Shown in pieces: positions 20,630 through 29,627 of a stretch of 64,000 nt of DNA. Location: NCBI GenBank assembly GCA_050246815.1, contig JBFWVI010000001.1, forward strand, positions 3,433 through 67,432, read 5' to 3'. Under the pieces are notes generated by a model, which saw only the letters and a list, made by a program, of their open reading frames with translations, searched no databases and had not been told where the DNA came from. This DNA is from Bdellovibrionales bacterium (GTDB taxonomy: Bacteria; Bdellovibrionota; Bdellovibrionia; Bdellovibrionales; UBA1609). The position numbers and the translations under genes are program-made. Each line of letters starts with the position of its first letter. The stretch's first letter is position 1.

Positions 20630-20645
20630 TGGCCCACCTCTTGAA
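20630..20645 (+). promoter_or_regulatory. Sigma54-like -24/-12 promoter (variant -12)
   Basis: TGGCCC-N5-TTGAA upstream of 20669; near-palindrome CGTCTCA-N4-TGAGGCG at 20584-20601. Confidence 0.4.
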
Positions 20646-20668
20646 ATGCAAAGGTCAGGGGGTGCAAC

Positions 20669-21247
20669 ATGAAAACTCGAGCCGCATGGATTCTGACACT
20701 GATTTTTTCGCCGCAACTTTTCGCCCAATCACTGGAGTTCGGTCGACCGGGCCTTGGTGGGTCGGGTTGTAAGTCCGAATCGACCACCATTACGATGCGC
20801 GAGGATCGCCAGCAGTTGCATATTTTATTTAATGATTATTTGGCTCACAGCTCTTTTGGTGAAGGCCCCGCAATTGATCGCAAGGCCTGCAGTTTGGCGA
20901 TTCCAGTGAGGGTGCCCTACGGATATAGCGTGGCGCTGTTGCCGGTGGAATTAAATGGGTTTGCCGCCATCAGCGAGGGGGGCCAGGGCGAGGTGCAGAT
21001 TGAAACTTTTTTTGCGGGTCAACAGGGGCGTCACGAGGTCCACCCTCTGCGGTCGGGTGAAATCGACTATTTCACGGTGTACAGCAGCCCGCTTTTGCAG
21101 CGAGAAATCTGGTCTGCTTGTGGCCAGGATACAATTTTAAGGATCAACACCAGCGTTTTAAGTAAGGCCAATGCCGAAGGTGCACGAAGTCTGATTTTGG
21201 TGCAGAATGCGGCCACTTTTGAGTTGCAATGGAAGCGCTGTCCGTAG
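20669..21247 (+). CDS. Secreted DUF4360-like protein
   Basis: Signal peptide; GGSGC, RKAC.L.I...VP.G.S, WSACG....LRINT, C-terminal W.RC. Confidence 0.75.
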   Translation: MKTRAAWILTLIFSPQLFAQSLEFGRPGLGGSGCKSESTTITMREDRQQLHILFNDYLAHSSFGEGPAIDRKACSLAIPVRVPYGYSVALLPVELNGFAAISEGGQGEVQIETFFAGQQGRHEVHPLRSGEIDYFTVYSSPLLQREIWSACGQDTILRINTSVLSKANAEGARSLILVQNAATFELQWKRCP

Positions 21248-21261
21248 AATCAAAATGCGAC

Positions 21262-21321
21262 AAAACTGGATGATTTGAGAATCTCCTTTTGAGAATAAAC
21301 AAAATCACTTCATCCAGTTTT
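21262..21321. repeat. 12-bp perfect inverted repeat enclosing a TTTGAGAAT direct repeat
   Basis: AAAACTGGATGA (21262-21273) ... TCATCCAGTTTT (21310-21321). Confidence 0.6.
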
Positions 21322-21426
21322 CCTGATCTTCGGCTTAAAGCGGCCGTTTCGATGTCTCATCATGAATCAATTGGCTTAATGTAAACTAATGAAATTGTTC
21401 AATTAAAATAAATTTTAACTCAATGC

Positions 21427-21455
21427 ACAAGTTTCTTTCTGGAGCGACCGATAAG
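21427..21455 (+). promoter_or_regulatory. Sigma28 (FliA)-like promoter of the pilin-like trio
   Basis: ACAAG-N16-CCGATAAG followed by an AGGAG RBS. Confidence 0.6.
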
Positions 21456-21477
21456 ACTTTAGTCCAGGAGAGATTAT

Positions 21478-23124
21478 ATGTTGTACGTTGACGGTGCCAA
21501 AAGAAGCGTGATTTCTAATAACCGTGGCAGTTCACTCGTGCTGGTGCTGGCCTTTATGGCCGTGGCCATGTCGGTGGTGACGGTTCTCAATCAGCCCAAT
21601 ATCAATCGAAGCACAATTCAAAATGCGCGTGTTATCAATGGTCGTAACACCTTGGCCTCGCACATTCGTAAGTATGCTTCGATGGGCGGTACTTTTCGTG
21701 CGAGTTTGAATCCTGAGGTCGTGGCGCTGAATCCGGCCTTGAAAAGCTGCATATTAGGAGACAATACCAATCCTTGCATTGGAATGGGCCTTGAGCGTCC
21801 CTTAACTCTTTATTACCCCGCTTCGACAGGTGCGGCCGGAACTTCTTTAAAATTGATTTCGGGCCCCGGCCCTTTTGGTAGCGCCGATGCGCGTGCGGCC
21901 TTCTATGATCTTAAGGGTGGGTTGTGCAGCAATGAGGTGGGCACAGAAAATGCCGAATGCCCGTTTGAAGTGTACACCACCTTTTCTGCAGCTTGTCCGG
22001 CGGGTGATGCCGTTTGCCCCTTGGCATCTTCGATCATGGTTCATTTCTATATTCGCTACAACGCCGCCGTCGCCAATACGATGGTGATCAGTATGATGCA
22101 ACTGGCTCCGGTGGACGAGATGACTGTGTCGATCGACATCAACGACATCTTGCCCCCAGATTACGGCAAAGCCACTCAGAACGTCGTGGTCACCGTGATC
22201 AATACCAACGTTCAAGAGGTCGCGGCCACCGAATCCACTCCATTTGAGCGCGCCATTGAAACGGCCGGAATTACGGATCCCGTGCTGATCGCCAAATTAA
22301 AAGCAGCTTATGAAGGTATTGATAACGTCAAAATTTTAAATGCCTTGATCAGCGCCAACATCACGGATCAGGAACTGGCGCAAGATATTGCCTCGGCCAT
22401 TCTTGAGGCCGGGGTGACAAGTGGTCGTGCCATGCGGGTTATTGCGGGTGCGGGTATCACGGATCCCAATCAGGCTATTTTTGTGGCCAACTCAGGGATC
22501 ACCAGTTCAGATTTTGTGCGCACTATTTTTGATCTCGGAGTCGATAACCCTTGGATCGCGGGTGCGATGTTTGAGTCGGGTATCACCAGTGTCGAGACCC
22601 TCACTCAAGTTTGGGGCGCGATCGCCAACGTAGATCACAGTTTCGCCTTGCAGTATTACCTGGCCTATGTTGGCGAAACCAGCGGGGAGCGTGCAGCGGC
22701 CTTTGAACGTGCCGTCATTGAAGGTGGTGTGGTGGATTCGTACACGATCTACATCATGGTGCAAGAAGGTATCACTGATGGAACTCAGGCCCGGCTTTTA
22801 GAAGAGCGTTTGCGGGCTGAATACGCAGCCTATCTGGCAGAGTCTGAAGCGCGCGCGATCGAAGAGGCCGCTGCCGCAGCCGGCGCGGCCGGAGAAACCG
22901 GAGATGTTGCGGCCACAGACCCGGCTGCAACGACAGACCCCAATGCGGATCCCAATGCGACCGTCTCGACTGGCGGCAGCACGGGTTCAAGCGGCGGCGA
23001 GGTGATTATTTCGCAGACCGAAGGTGAAACAACAATCGTGGTGGGTTCAGCTGAAACGCCCGTGGATGTTCAGCCGATTTCCACTTGCGTGACAGACCAA
23101 TGTTCATCGATAGTTGGATATTGA
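21478..23124 (+). CDS. Large prepilin-like protein (PilX/GspK-type, no Glu5) with a Cys-rich domain, GITD-type repeats and an acidic tail
   Basis: NNRG|SSLVLVLAFMAV type III-like signal; six-Cys domain shared with the next two genes; about 10 G(I/V)T(D/S)-like repeats. Confidence 0.7.
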   Translation: MLYVDGAKRSVISNNRGSSLVLVLAFMAVAMSVVTVLNQPNINRSTIQNARVINGRNTLASHIRKYASMGGTFRASLNPEVVALNPALKSCILGDNTNPCIGMGLERPLTLYYPASTGAAGTSLKLISGPGPFGSADARAAFYDLKGGLCSNEVGTENAECPFEVYTTFSAACPAGDAVCPLASSIMVHFYIRYNAAVANTMVISMMQLAPVDEMTVSIDINDILPPDYGKATQNVVVTVINTNVQEVAATESTPFERAIETAGITDPVLIAKLKAAYEGIDNVKILNALISANITDQELAQDIASAILEAGVTSGRAMRVIAGAGITDPNQAIFVANSGITSSDFVRTIFDLGVDNPWIAGAMFESGITSVETLTQVWGAIANVDHSFALQYYLAYVGETSGERAAAFERAVIEGGVVDSYTIYIMVQEGITDGTQARLLEERLRAEYAAYLAESEARAIEEAAAAAGAAGETGDVAATDPAATTDPNADPNATVSTGGSTGSSGGEVIISQTEGETTIVVGSAETPVDVQPISTCVTDQCSSIVGY

Positions 23125-23741
23125 ATAAAAAAAGAAAACACTCTCAGCTTGGGCATACTTTAATTGAGGTCATGATCGCAGGATTGATCTTTGCGGTCTT
23201 GATTTTAGCCGTGGCAAAAGTTTACGAAGAAGTTTTTGTTAACACCGAGCGCAACAAGCTGATGTTGTCGCGGGACCAGATTGTGATTCTAACCCGTCAG
23301 CTTGCCGGCGATATTCGTGCCTTAAGGATGACCCTGACCAAACCTGAAAATGCCCAATTTCGTAGCTGTGTTTGTGGCGGGGGATGTGTGAGTATGCAAA
23401 CCAACCCGCTGAGCCTTTACGACTGGGCTGGCGAAGCGCCACAGACCCCCAATTTTTATGACGCCTCCGGTTTTCCGTGCGACCCGGCTAGAACCAATTG
23501 TTACATCCAGGTGACTACGACTTTTTTGGCCGAATGCCGCCCACCATTGCCCACGGCCAATCCGGTCCCTCCCGCCAATTGCAACATCCCAGCCGAGTTC
23601 GTTCAGGTTATTTATAGCATACGCCAAAATCCCACTACGGTGGATCCGAACCAAGTGGATTCCCCGGTGATTTTAAAACCTATTCAAGGTGGAGTTTTCA
23701 CTCAAGTGGAAGACATTGCGCCAGGGGGCGTCTGCCCATGA
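23121..23741 (+). CDS. Prepilin-type N-methylation domain protein (minor pilin/pseudopilin)
   Basis: KKRKHSQLG|HTLIEVMIAG; probable TTG start overlapping the upstream stop (TTGA). Confidence 0.8.
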   Translation: MNKKRKHSQLGHTLIEVMIAGLIFAVLILAVAKVYEEVFVNTERNKLMLSRDQIVILTRQLAGDIRALRMTLTKPENAQFRSCVCGGGCVSMQTNPLSLYDWAGEAPQTPNFYDASGFPCDPARTNCYIQVTTTFLAECRPPLPTANPVPPANCNIPAEFVQVIYSIRQNPTTVDPNQVDSPVILKPIQGGVFTQVEDIAPGGVCP

Positions 23742-24439
23742 AGAACCGTCGCGGTTTTACTTTGGTTGAAGTGATGGTGGCCAGTGCCATTGCGGGTGGG
23801 TTTATTTTGCTCACCATGACTTACTCCAAAATTATGCAGACCAACACTGGAGTGACTCGGGCGATCTCAACTCGAGATCGTATCTTGGCCGGGGTCAGAA
23901 GCTTGGCTGGCATGCCAGCTTCGCTGCGTAATAGCATGCGGGCGTCGGATGGAGCGGGCACAGTGGTCAACCCCAGGCTTCTGGCCTGCGCTGGCGGTAA
24001 CCCTGCCAATGGCTGCCAAAGCGGTATCAGCTACGCTTTTACGCTTTATTCGCCCTTGGTGGCATTGGACGCCGCCGGCAATCCTGTTGGTATTCAACCC
24101 ATCGCTTCGCCGATGGGCAGCGCGGTTCCCATGCGATTCGACAACTTTGGATTACCATGTACGACGGCAGGCCCCAACTGTGCGCTTTTGGTGCAGACGG
24201 CGTTTAAGGCTCAGTGTGGCCCGCCCCCGCTGCCTTTCCCTCGACCCGCAGTGATCACGCCTGAAATGTTAATTCCGGCTGTGGTCTGCACCATTGCGGA
24301 TTTGATCGACGTGACTTATCAGGTGCAACTGGATCCCAATGTTGTGGAGGCCAATGATGTCTTCACTCCTTTTGCCACCCCGGTACGCGGTACTGTGGCG
24401 ACCCCGGTGCGTTTGATTTCGGGTAATCAGCCTCAATAG
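23738..24439 (+). CDS. Prepilin-type N-methylation domain protein (minor pilin/pseudopilin)
   Basis: KNRRG|FTLVEVMVAS canonical motif; ATGA overlap. Confidence 0.85.
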   Translation: MKNRRGFTLVEVMVASAIAGGFILLTMTYSKIMQTNTGVTRAISTRDRILAGVRSLAGMPASLRNSMRASDGAGTVVNPRLLACAGGNPANGCQSGISYAFTLYSPLVALDAAGNPVGIQPIASPMGSAVPMRFDNFGLPCTTAGPNCALLVQTAFKAQCGPPPLPFPRPAVITPEMLIPAVVCTIADLIDVTYQVQLDPNVVEANDVFTPFATPVRGTVATPVRLISGNQPQ

Positions 24440-24569
24440 CAAATTCATAAAGGCAAATTCTAAGCTGGTGAGTTTATAAATGTGTAGTTTGTGCGCTCGC
24501 CTTAGACCTATGTCCTGGGATTGATTTTAACAATTTTGATTTTATCCCGTTCTTTCCTACAATTGGTTC

Positions 24570-25169
24570 ATGAATAAAATTATACGGTTTTCCCTTTTGG
24601 CGTTGATCTTGGGGTTTGTGGGTCAGGTGCAGGCGGCTTTGTCGCCGGTCTCGGTGGCCATCGTCCCGCCGGTGCAATTTCCGTCGAAGGATTTTTCAAT
24701 CACGGGCGCACGCCTGAGCTTAATTTATGGCCAACACCGCGATGTCTATGGGCTTGATTTGGGTCTGATCGGCAACATCACCGAGCAAACCTTTGTTGGC
24801 GTCGGGGTGTCGGGCCTTTTCAACATCACCAAGGGGCAAACAAAGGCGATTGGTCTGCAAGCGGCGGGTTTGACCAACTGGAACGTGAATAAAACCGACG
24901 TTTATGGGATTCAGTTGGCGCTGGGTTTAAACCGCAATATCGCGGCTTCTTCCGTGGTGGGCTTACAGGCGGCTTTGGTCAACATGGGTGAGCACACCAC
25001 AATCTATGGCGCTCAAGTGGGGGTTTACAATCGGGCCTTGCGCGTAAATGGGATTCAGTTGGGCCTGGTGAATGTCACCGAATCCTTAAGTGGTATTCAA
25101 ATCGGCCTGATCAACTTCCATCGTAAGGGCCTCTTCAGCGTCTCGCCCATTCTGAATATCGGGTTTTAG
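24570..25169 (+). CDS. Exported G-x-Q-x-G-x-x-N repeat protein (LA_2272-like surface repeat)
   Basis: Signal peptide; repeats GLQAAGLTN, GIQLALGLN, GAQVGVYN, GIQLGLVN, GIQIGLIN; ends PILNIGF. Confidence 0.75.
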   Translation: MNKIIRFSLLALILGFVGQVQAALSPVSVAIVPPVQFPSKDFSITGARLSLIYGQHRDVYGLDLGLIGNITEQTFVGVGVSGLFNITKGQTKAIGLQAAGLTNWNVNKTDVYGIQLALGLNRNIAASSVVGLQAALVNMGEHTTIYGAQVGVYNRALRVNGIQLGLVNVTESLSGIQIGLINFHRKGLFSVSPILNIGF

Positions 25170-25225
25170 ATGTTTAAAGTGCGTCTAAAAACTTGACCAA
25201 GGTCCGGCGCCGTCTATTCTAGGTC

Positions 25226-26509
25226 ATGGCTAAAAAAACAATCGCCAAGGGTATTTCAAAAAACCTTCTTTTCACCAATATTGGCGAAGTGCTGACAATG
25301 GCCGGGGTTGTCCTTAAAAGTGGCCGCAGACCCACTGAATCGGATTTAAGCTCGGTTACCGACGCGGCCATGGCGGTGGTCAATGGCAAAGTCATGTGGG
25401 TCGGGCCACAAAAATATTTTGATCGTGAAACCAAAAAAGAAATTTTCGGTCGACACACGGTACGCGAAGTCAATTTAAAGGGCCGCACCGTGCTGCCGGG
25501 CTTTGTCGAGTGCCACACGCACCTGCTTTTTGCTGGTGATCGCCGTGAGGAGTTTGAATGGCGCAATCAAGGGATTACGTATCAAGAGATTTCGTCTCGC
25601 GGAGGTGGTATCCGTAACACCATGAAGGCAACACGACTGGCCTCAGCCAAAACGCTTCTGGCCCTTGGGCAGACGCGAACGGATCGTTTTGTACGTCAAG
25701 GTGTAACCACTTTAGAGGTCAAATCGGGCTATGGTTTGGATCTGGAGTCTGAACTTAAACTTCTTAAGGTGGCGCGTTCTTTAAGTGGGCCCGAGATCGT
25801 TTCAACTTTTCTGGGGCCTCATTCTTTGCCGCCAGAGTTCACCAGCTATGATGAATATCTTGATTTTGTGCAACATAAGATTTTACCGACTGTGGCCAAA
25901 GGCAAATTGGCCGAGAGAGTCGATATTTTTATCGAAAGAGGCTTTTTCACCAAGGCCCACGCTGAGAAGTGGTTTCAGGCGGCGCAGAAGCTTGGGCTTC
26001 AAGTGGTCGCGCACACGGATCAACTTAGCTCTGGGGGGGGCAGTGTGTTGGCGGCCCGTCATCACGCGCTTTCTGTGGACCATGCCGTTCATTTGCAGCC
26101 TGAAGAGATTGGGCAATTGGCAAAGAGCGACACCACGGCAGTGTTGTTGCCGACCAGTGATTTTTATTTGCAAGAGGCCTATCCCCAAGCGCGTAAGATG
26201 ATCGATTCGGGCGTTAGAGTGGCTTTGGCAACGGATTTCAATCCGGGCACAAGCCCATCACAAAACTTGTCGTTGGTGGGAGTTTTGGCGCGAATCCAAA
26301 TGAAAATGTCGCTGGCGGAGGTTTTGGTGGCCTACACCTACAACGCCGCAGCGGCTTTGGGGCGGCAATCGCACTTGGGGCATTTGTCCGCTGGCGCATG
26401 CGCGGATTTTGCGGTTCTAAGCGGCTCTTGGCGAGAATTGTTCTACGAAGTGGGCCATCATCCCATCAATTCGGTTTGGCGGGGGGGCACCCCGGTCGCT
26501 TTTTCTTAA
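25226..26509 (+). CDS. hutI: Imidazolonepropionase
   Basis: PGFVECHTH, GVTTLEVKSGYGL, ATDFNPG. Confidence 0.95.
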   Translation: MAKKTIAKGISKNLLFTNIGEVLTMAGVVLKSGRRPTESDLSSVTDAAMAVVNGKVMWVGPQKYFDRETKKEIFGRHTVREVNLKGRTVLPGFVECHTHLLFAGDRREEFEWRNQGITYQEISSRGGGIRNTMKATRLASAKTLLALGQTRTDRFVRQGVTTLEVKSGYGLDLESELKLLKVARSLSGPEIVSTFLGPHSLPPEFTSYDEYLDFVQHKILPTVAKGKLAERVDIFIERGFFTKAHAEKWFQAAQKLGLQVVAHTDQLSSGGGSVLAARHHALSVDHAVHLQPEEIGQLAKSDTTAVLLPTSDFYLQEAYPQARKMIDSGVRVALATDFNPGTSPSQNLSLVGVLARIQMKMSLAEVLVAYTYNAAAALGRQSHLGHLSAGACADFAVLSGSWRELFYEVGHHPINSVWRGGTPVAFS

Positions 26510-26608
26510 AATCAATAAAAAAACTTTTGCTTTTATACAAAGAACTTTCCTAGTCTTGAGGTGTCACGACTGGTGTAGGGGTATCGCTAGCCTAAGGAGA
26601 AACAACGG

Positions 26609-27040
26609 ATGAGGCAATCCGCATCGCAGTTGACCCAATCGCGATTTTATTCGCCGGCTTTTAATGCGGCGATTTTTGATGGACCGGTCCGAATTTATTT
26701 TGCGCAATATCAAGAGGCTTTGGCGCTGAAGATTTACTTTCGCCTGCAAGATCGTCTGCAGGGCTGGCTGGCTCCAGAGCACCAGCTTTCTCGTTCTAGA
26801 CTGCCCAACGTGTTTTTGATGCTGTATCCAACCGAAGAAATCTTCGCTAACTGTTTTTCAGGTGAGCAGTGTCAAGACAAGGTGGTCGCCGAACGTTTGG
26901 GCGAGGATCATGTGATCGGGGTCTGTGGCCCATTGCGCGAAGAAGACTCGGATCGTCTATTGGATCGAATCGAGGCCATCGCGGCCAAATGGCAAGGGGC
27001 CCCACTGATGACGCAGCCATTGGCTTTGGCGGAATTTTAG
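26609..27040 (+). CDS. Hypothetical protein
   Basis: AAGGAG RBS and upstream TTGCTT/TAGTCT promoter-like elements; 143-aa ORF. Confidence 0.65.
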   Translation: MRQSASQLTQSRFYSPAFNAAIFDGPVRIYFAQYQEALALKIYFRLQDRLQGWLAPEHQLSRSRLPNVFLMLYPTEEIFANCFSGEQCQDKVVAERLGEDHVIGVCGPLREEDSDRLLDRIEAIAAKWQGAPLMTQPLALAEF

Positions 27041-27072
27041 TTTTCAAGCCTGCGGCGTTAAGGTGACAAGGA

Positions 27073-27720
27073 ATGGGTGCTGGCTCGGTTCAATTTTTGG
27101 TTTGTTTAATTGCGGCTGGTCTTTTGGCTGGCTGCGGTTCGCAATTTGGAACCCGTCTAGCCCACGCGCCTGAGCCTTCCTGCGGTTTTTTTCAATCTCA
27201 AAGCGGGTACCGAGTGTCTTGGGCCTCGCGCACCCCCGTGCAACTAAATGTCAGTCAAAATTGGCCAAGCGAGTTTCGTGGCGCGGTTCAAGGCGCCGTC
27301 GACATTTGGAATTTGGCTCAAGACTACTCTTATATCTCTGTGAACTTTGATTCGACAGCGGTGGGAGTAACTTCAGCGCCGGACTCTTTGAATGGTCTTT
27401 ATTGGATGGAGACCTGGTCCGAAGAACGTTCGCGTGAGCAAGGTGTGACGACTTTGCGTTTCAAAAATGACCGCGCCACCGAAGCCGATGTGCGGGTGAA
27501 CGCCAAAAATTTTAGTTTTTACGATGAAACCCCCACCCATTATGGTCAGGTTCATATGGGCAGTTTGTTGGTTCACGAGTTTGGCCACCTTTTGGGTATG
27601 AATCATCGCAACACATATAGCAGTGTGATGTATCCTTATCTGGAGGCCAACACGATCCGTGTGCAATTGCTGCCGGTGGATTTGGAATCGCTTATCTGCG
27701 AATACGGAGCCAGTCGATGA
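27073..27720 (+). CDS. Matrixin-family (M10) zinc metalloprotease lipoprotein
   Basis: Lipobox LLAGC; HEFGHLLGMNH; Met-turn SVMYP. Confidence 0.88.
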   Translation: MGAGSVQFLVCLIAAGLLAGCGSQFGTRLAHAPEPSCGFFQSQSGYRVSWASRTPVQLNVSQNWPSEFRGAVQGAVDIWNLAQDYSYISVNFDSTAVGVTSAPDSLNGLYWMETWSEERSREQGVTTLRFKNDRATEADVRVNAKNFSFYDETPTHYGQVHMGSLLVHEFGHLLGMNHRNTYSSVMYPYLEANTIRVQLLPVDLESLICEYGASR

Positions 27721-28346
27721 CAAATTTGTGGCGCTGGTGGGTCGGATTGGCGGTCATGATGCTGATTGCTGCGGGTGTTTGGTGGCTGGCACCTTCGATG
27801 TTCGCGCAGCGCAAACTGGCTTCAGAAAATGATCAGATTTTTGAAACGATCACCTATGAAATTCAAGACACGCAAGATGAGAAACTTGTGCGTGATATTA
27901 AATTGCGTCTGCTGCAGCAAATGAATTGGCAACAGGTCGACGGCGATTGGCAACTGCAATTAGGCGCCTTTATGCTGCTGAAAGATGAACAGGTGCGAAC
28001 CGATGCCTGCGCCAATTATAGTGCGGTGATCTACAATTTAGTGGCCTCTGGCGTGATCGTGGGGGGTGAGCGTCCCGGGTTGACCGTGACGGCCCCTTGC
28101 CAAGAGGTGAGTGGGTATTTGGTTTTGCCTAAGCTTTCATTGAGCCAGGTGCAAAGCCATGTGCAGGGGGCGAGCCAATGGCAGAGCGATCGCGCCCATT
28201 ACATAGCCCATCGTTTAGACGAGGAGTGGTTCACCGAGTGGGACCTGAACACCATCGAGCTTGTACCGGTCAGCCAGGCTCCGGCCATTTTGATCGATAG
28301 CATCGAAATTCAAGCCGTTCGCCCGGGTTTCGCGCCGATTCAATAA
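27717..28346 (+). CDS. Membrane-anchored hypothetical protein
   Basis: N-terminal TM helix then RKLAS; Cys pair; ATGA overlap with the matrixin gene. Confidence 0.65.
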   Translation: MTNLWRWWVGLAVMMLIAAGVWWLAPSMFAQRKLASENDQIFETITYEIQDTQDEKLVRDIKLRLLQQMNWQQVDGDWQLQLGAFMLLKDEQVRTDACANYSAVIYNLVASGVIVGGERPGLTVTAPCQEVSGYLVLPKLSLSQVQSHVQGASQWQSDRAHYIAHRLDEEWFTEWDLNTIELVPVSQAPAILIDSIEIQAVRPGFAPIQ

Positions 28347-28368
28347 GGCACGATTTCAAGCCGATAAG
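28340..28368 (+). promoter_or_regulatory. Sigma28-like promoter
   Basis: TCAAT-N16-CCGATAAG, 5 nt before ATG 28374. Confidence 0.55.
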
Positions 28369-28373
28369 AGAGC

Positions 28374-28577
28374 ATGCGAAACAGGGCTTTAAGTCTGAAC
28401 AATGCGGGTCAAGTGGTGGTGGAATACACGCTGCTTTTGGTGGTGGGCGTGATGATTGCGTTTACCATCACGACATTGATGGTCAGCCGGGATCAAAATT
28501 CGCCGGGTTTTTTGATTGTCAAATGGTCGGCCATCATCATGACCATTGGCGCGGATACGGCCGACGATCTCAATTAG
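28374..28577 (+). CDS. Flp/Tad-type small pilin-like protein
   Basis: G|QVVVEYTLLLVV motif followed by a hydrophobic helix; 67 aa. Confidence 0.75.
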   Translation: MRNRALSLNNAGQVVVEYTLLLVVGVMIAFTITTLMVSRDQNSPGFLIVKWSAIIMTIGADTADDLN

Positions 28578-29622
28578 TTTTTTGATCCATATCTTTTTTC
28601 AAAGCGGGCACAAAGGGGTTAAAATCACGCAGCCAACCTGGCCGTATTTGGTTTGGCGATTCGTCTTCTTTGAGGGGGTAATGGGCGCCGAAAATATCGG
28701 GGCGATCGACCAGATAGTGCTGCTGCGGTTTGGCCAGACGGTCACAGTTTTTTTGCTCAGAGGCCAAAATCATATTGTGCGCCAACTTGGCTCCAAATTC
28801 GACGCCCTGACTGTTCATGACATATCGTTTTCGTTGCCCGACGAATGTTTTTGCGGTCATAGCTTGTGCAAATAGATCAAAAACCATTTCAAGTCCCACA
28901 AGGCCGCCCGCTGCGACTCGGCCCATTATTTGGGCATTGGCAGCCCGCATATCACAGTCGAGTGGTAGACCTGTGGGTTTGGTTGCTTCGTCGTAAGCCA
29001 CAGCCGCGGCACCGAAGAAATGATACCAAGAAGAGGCTTTGCCGCCACGAGGTGAAATCAGTCGGCCCCAGCCACGTTCGACCTTTGGAAATTTTCCGGA
29101 AGCGTGTTTATCTTGAACAATTTTTTGTTCACCCGTGATGTCGACAAGCTTTTGGAAAAGTGGCCGCTTGGCGCGTCGGATGGGAGGGGCTCTGGGTGTC
29201 AGTTCATCGGAATACTGCAGTTCTTCGGATGTGAGCAGATCATAGATCAATCGAAGAGCCATTAGGACATTGCCATTTTTGAGTTCAGCAGATTTCTGTA
29301 AAAGCTTGAGCGGATCGATCGAGTTGTCCGGTTGACTCAGAATCCATGATTCTAAGCGGGCGCCATCGGCTTGATTGGCATAATGGTCAAAGGCAAAACC
29401 ATAAAGCCCAAGCAAGGCCGAATAGGCTGGCGTGTGGTGGTCATACTCTTGGAAGTTGAAGGCTTGAGGATTTTTGCAGAGTTCAGCCGCAGCGTGATCA
29501 GCCAAGGCCTTGCCATCTAAAAAAAGAAAGGGACGATAGTCATAATTTTCTTGGGCATGGCTTTGGGGCAAAGACCCCAGCCAAGCAAAGGACCAAGTCG
29601 CTATCAATATGATGTGGCGCAT
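28570..29622 (-). CDS. Secreted hypothetical protein
   Basis: Signal peptide ending SHA; 350-aa ORF; WYHFFG motif. Confidence 0.65.
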   Translation of the reverse strand: MRHIILIATWSFAWLGSLPQSHAQENYDYRPFLFLDGKALADHAAAELCKNPQAFNFQEYDHHTPAYSALLGLYGFAFDHYANQADGARLESWILSQPDNSIDPLKLLQKSAELKNGNVLMALRLIYDLLTSEELQYSDELTPRAPPIRRAKRPLFQKLVDITGEQKIVQDKHASGKFPKVERGWGRLISPRGGKASSWYHFFGAAAVAYDEATKPTGLPLDCDMRAANAQIMGRVAAGGLVGLEMVFDLFAQAMTAKTFVGQRKRYVMNSQGVEFGAKLAHNMILASEQKNCDRLAKPQQHYLVDRPDIFGAHYPLKEDESPNQIRPGWLRDFNPFVPALKKDMDQKTN

Positions 29623-29627
29623 GTATT

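Noticed and set aside
24570..25169. Repeats as a CRISPR array or DNA tandem repeat
   Set aside because: Repetition is only at the protein level; the DNA is degenerate
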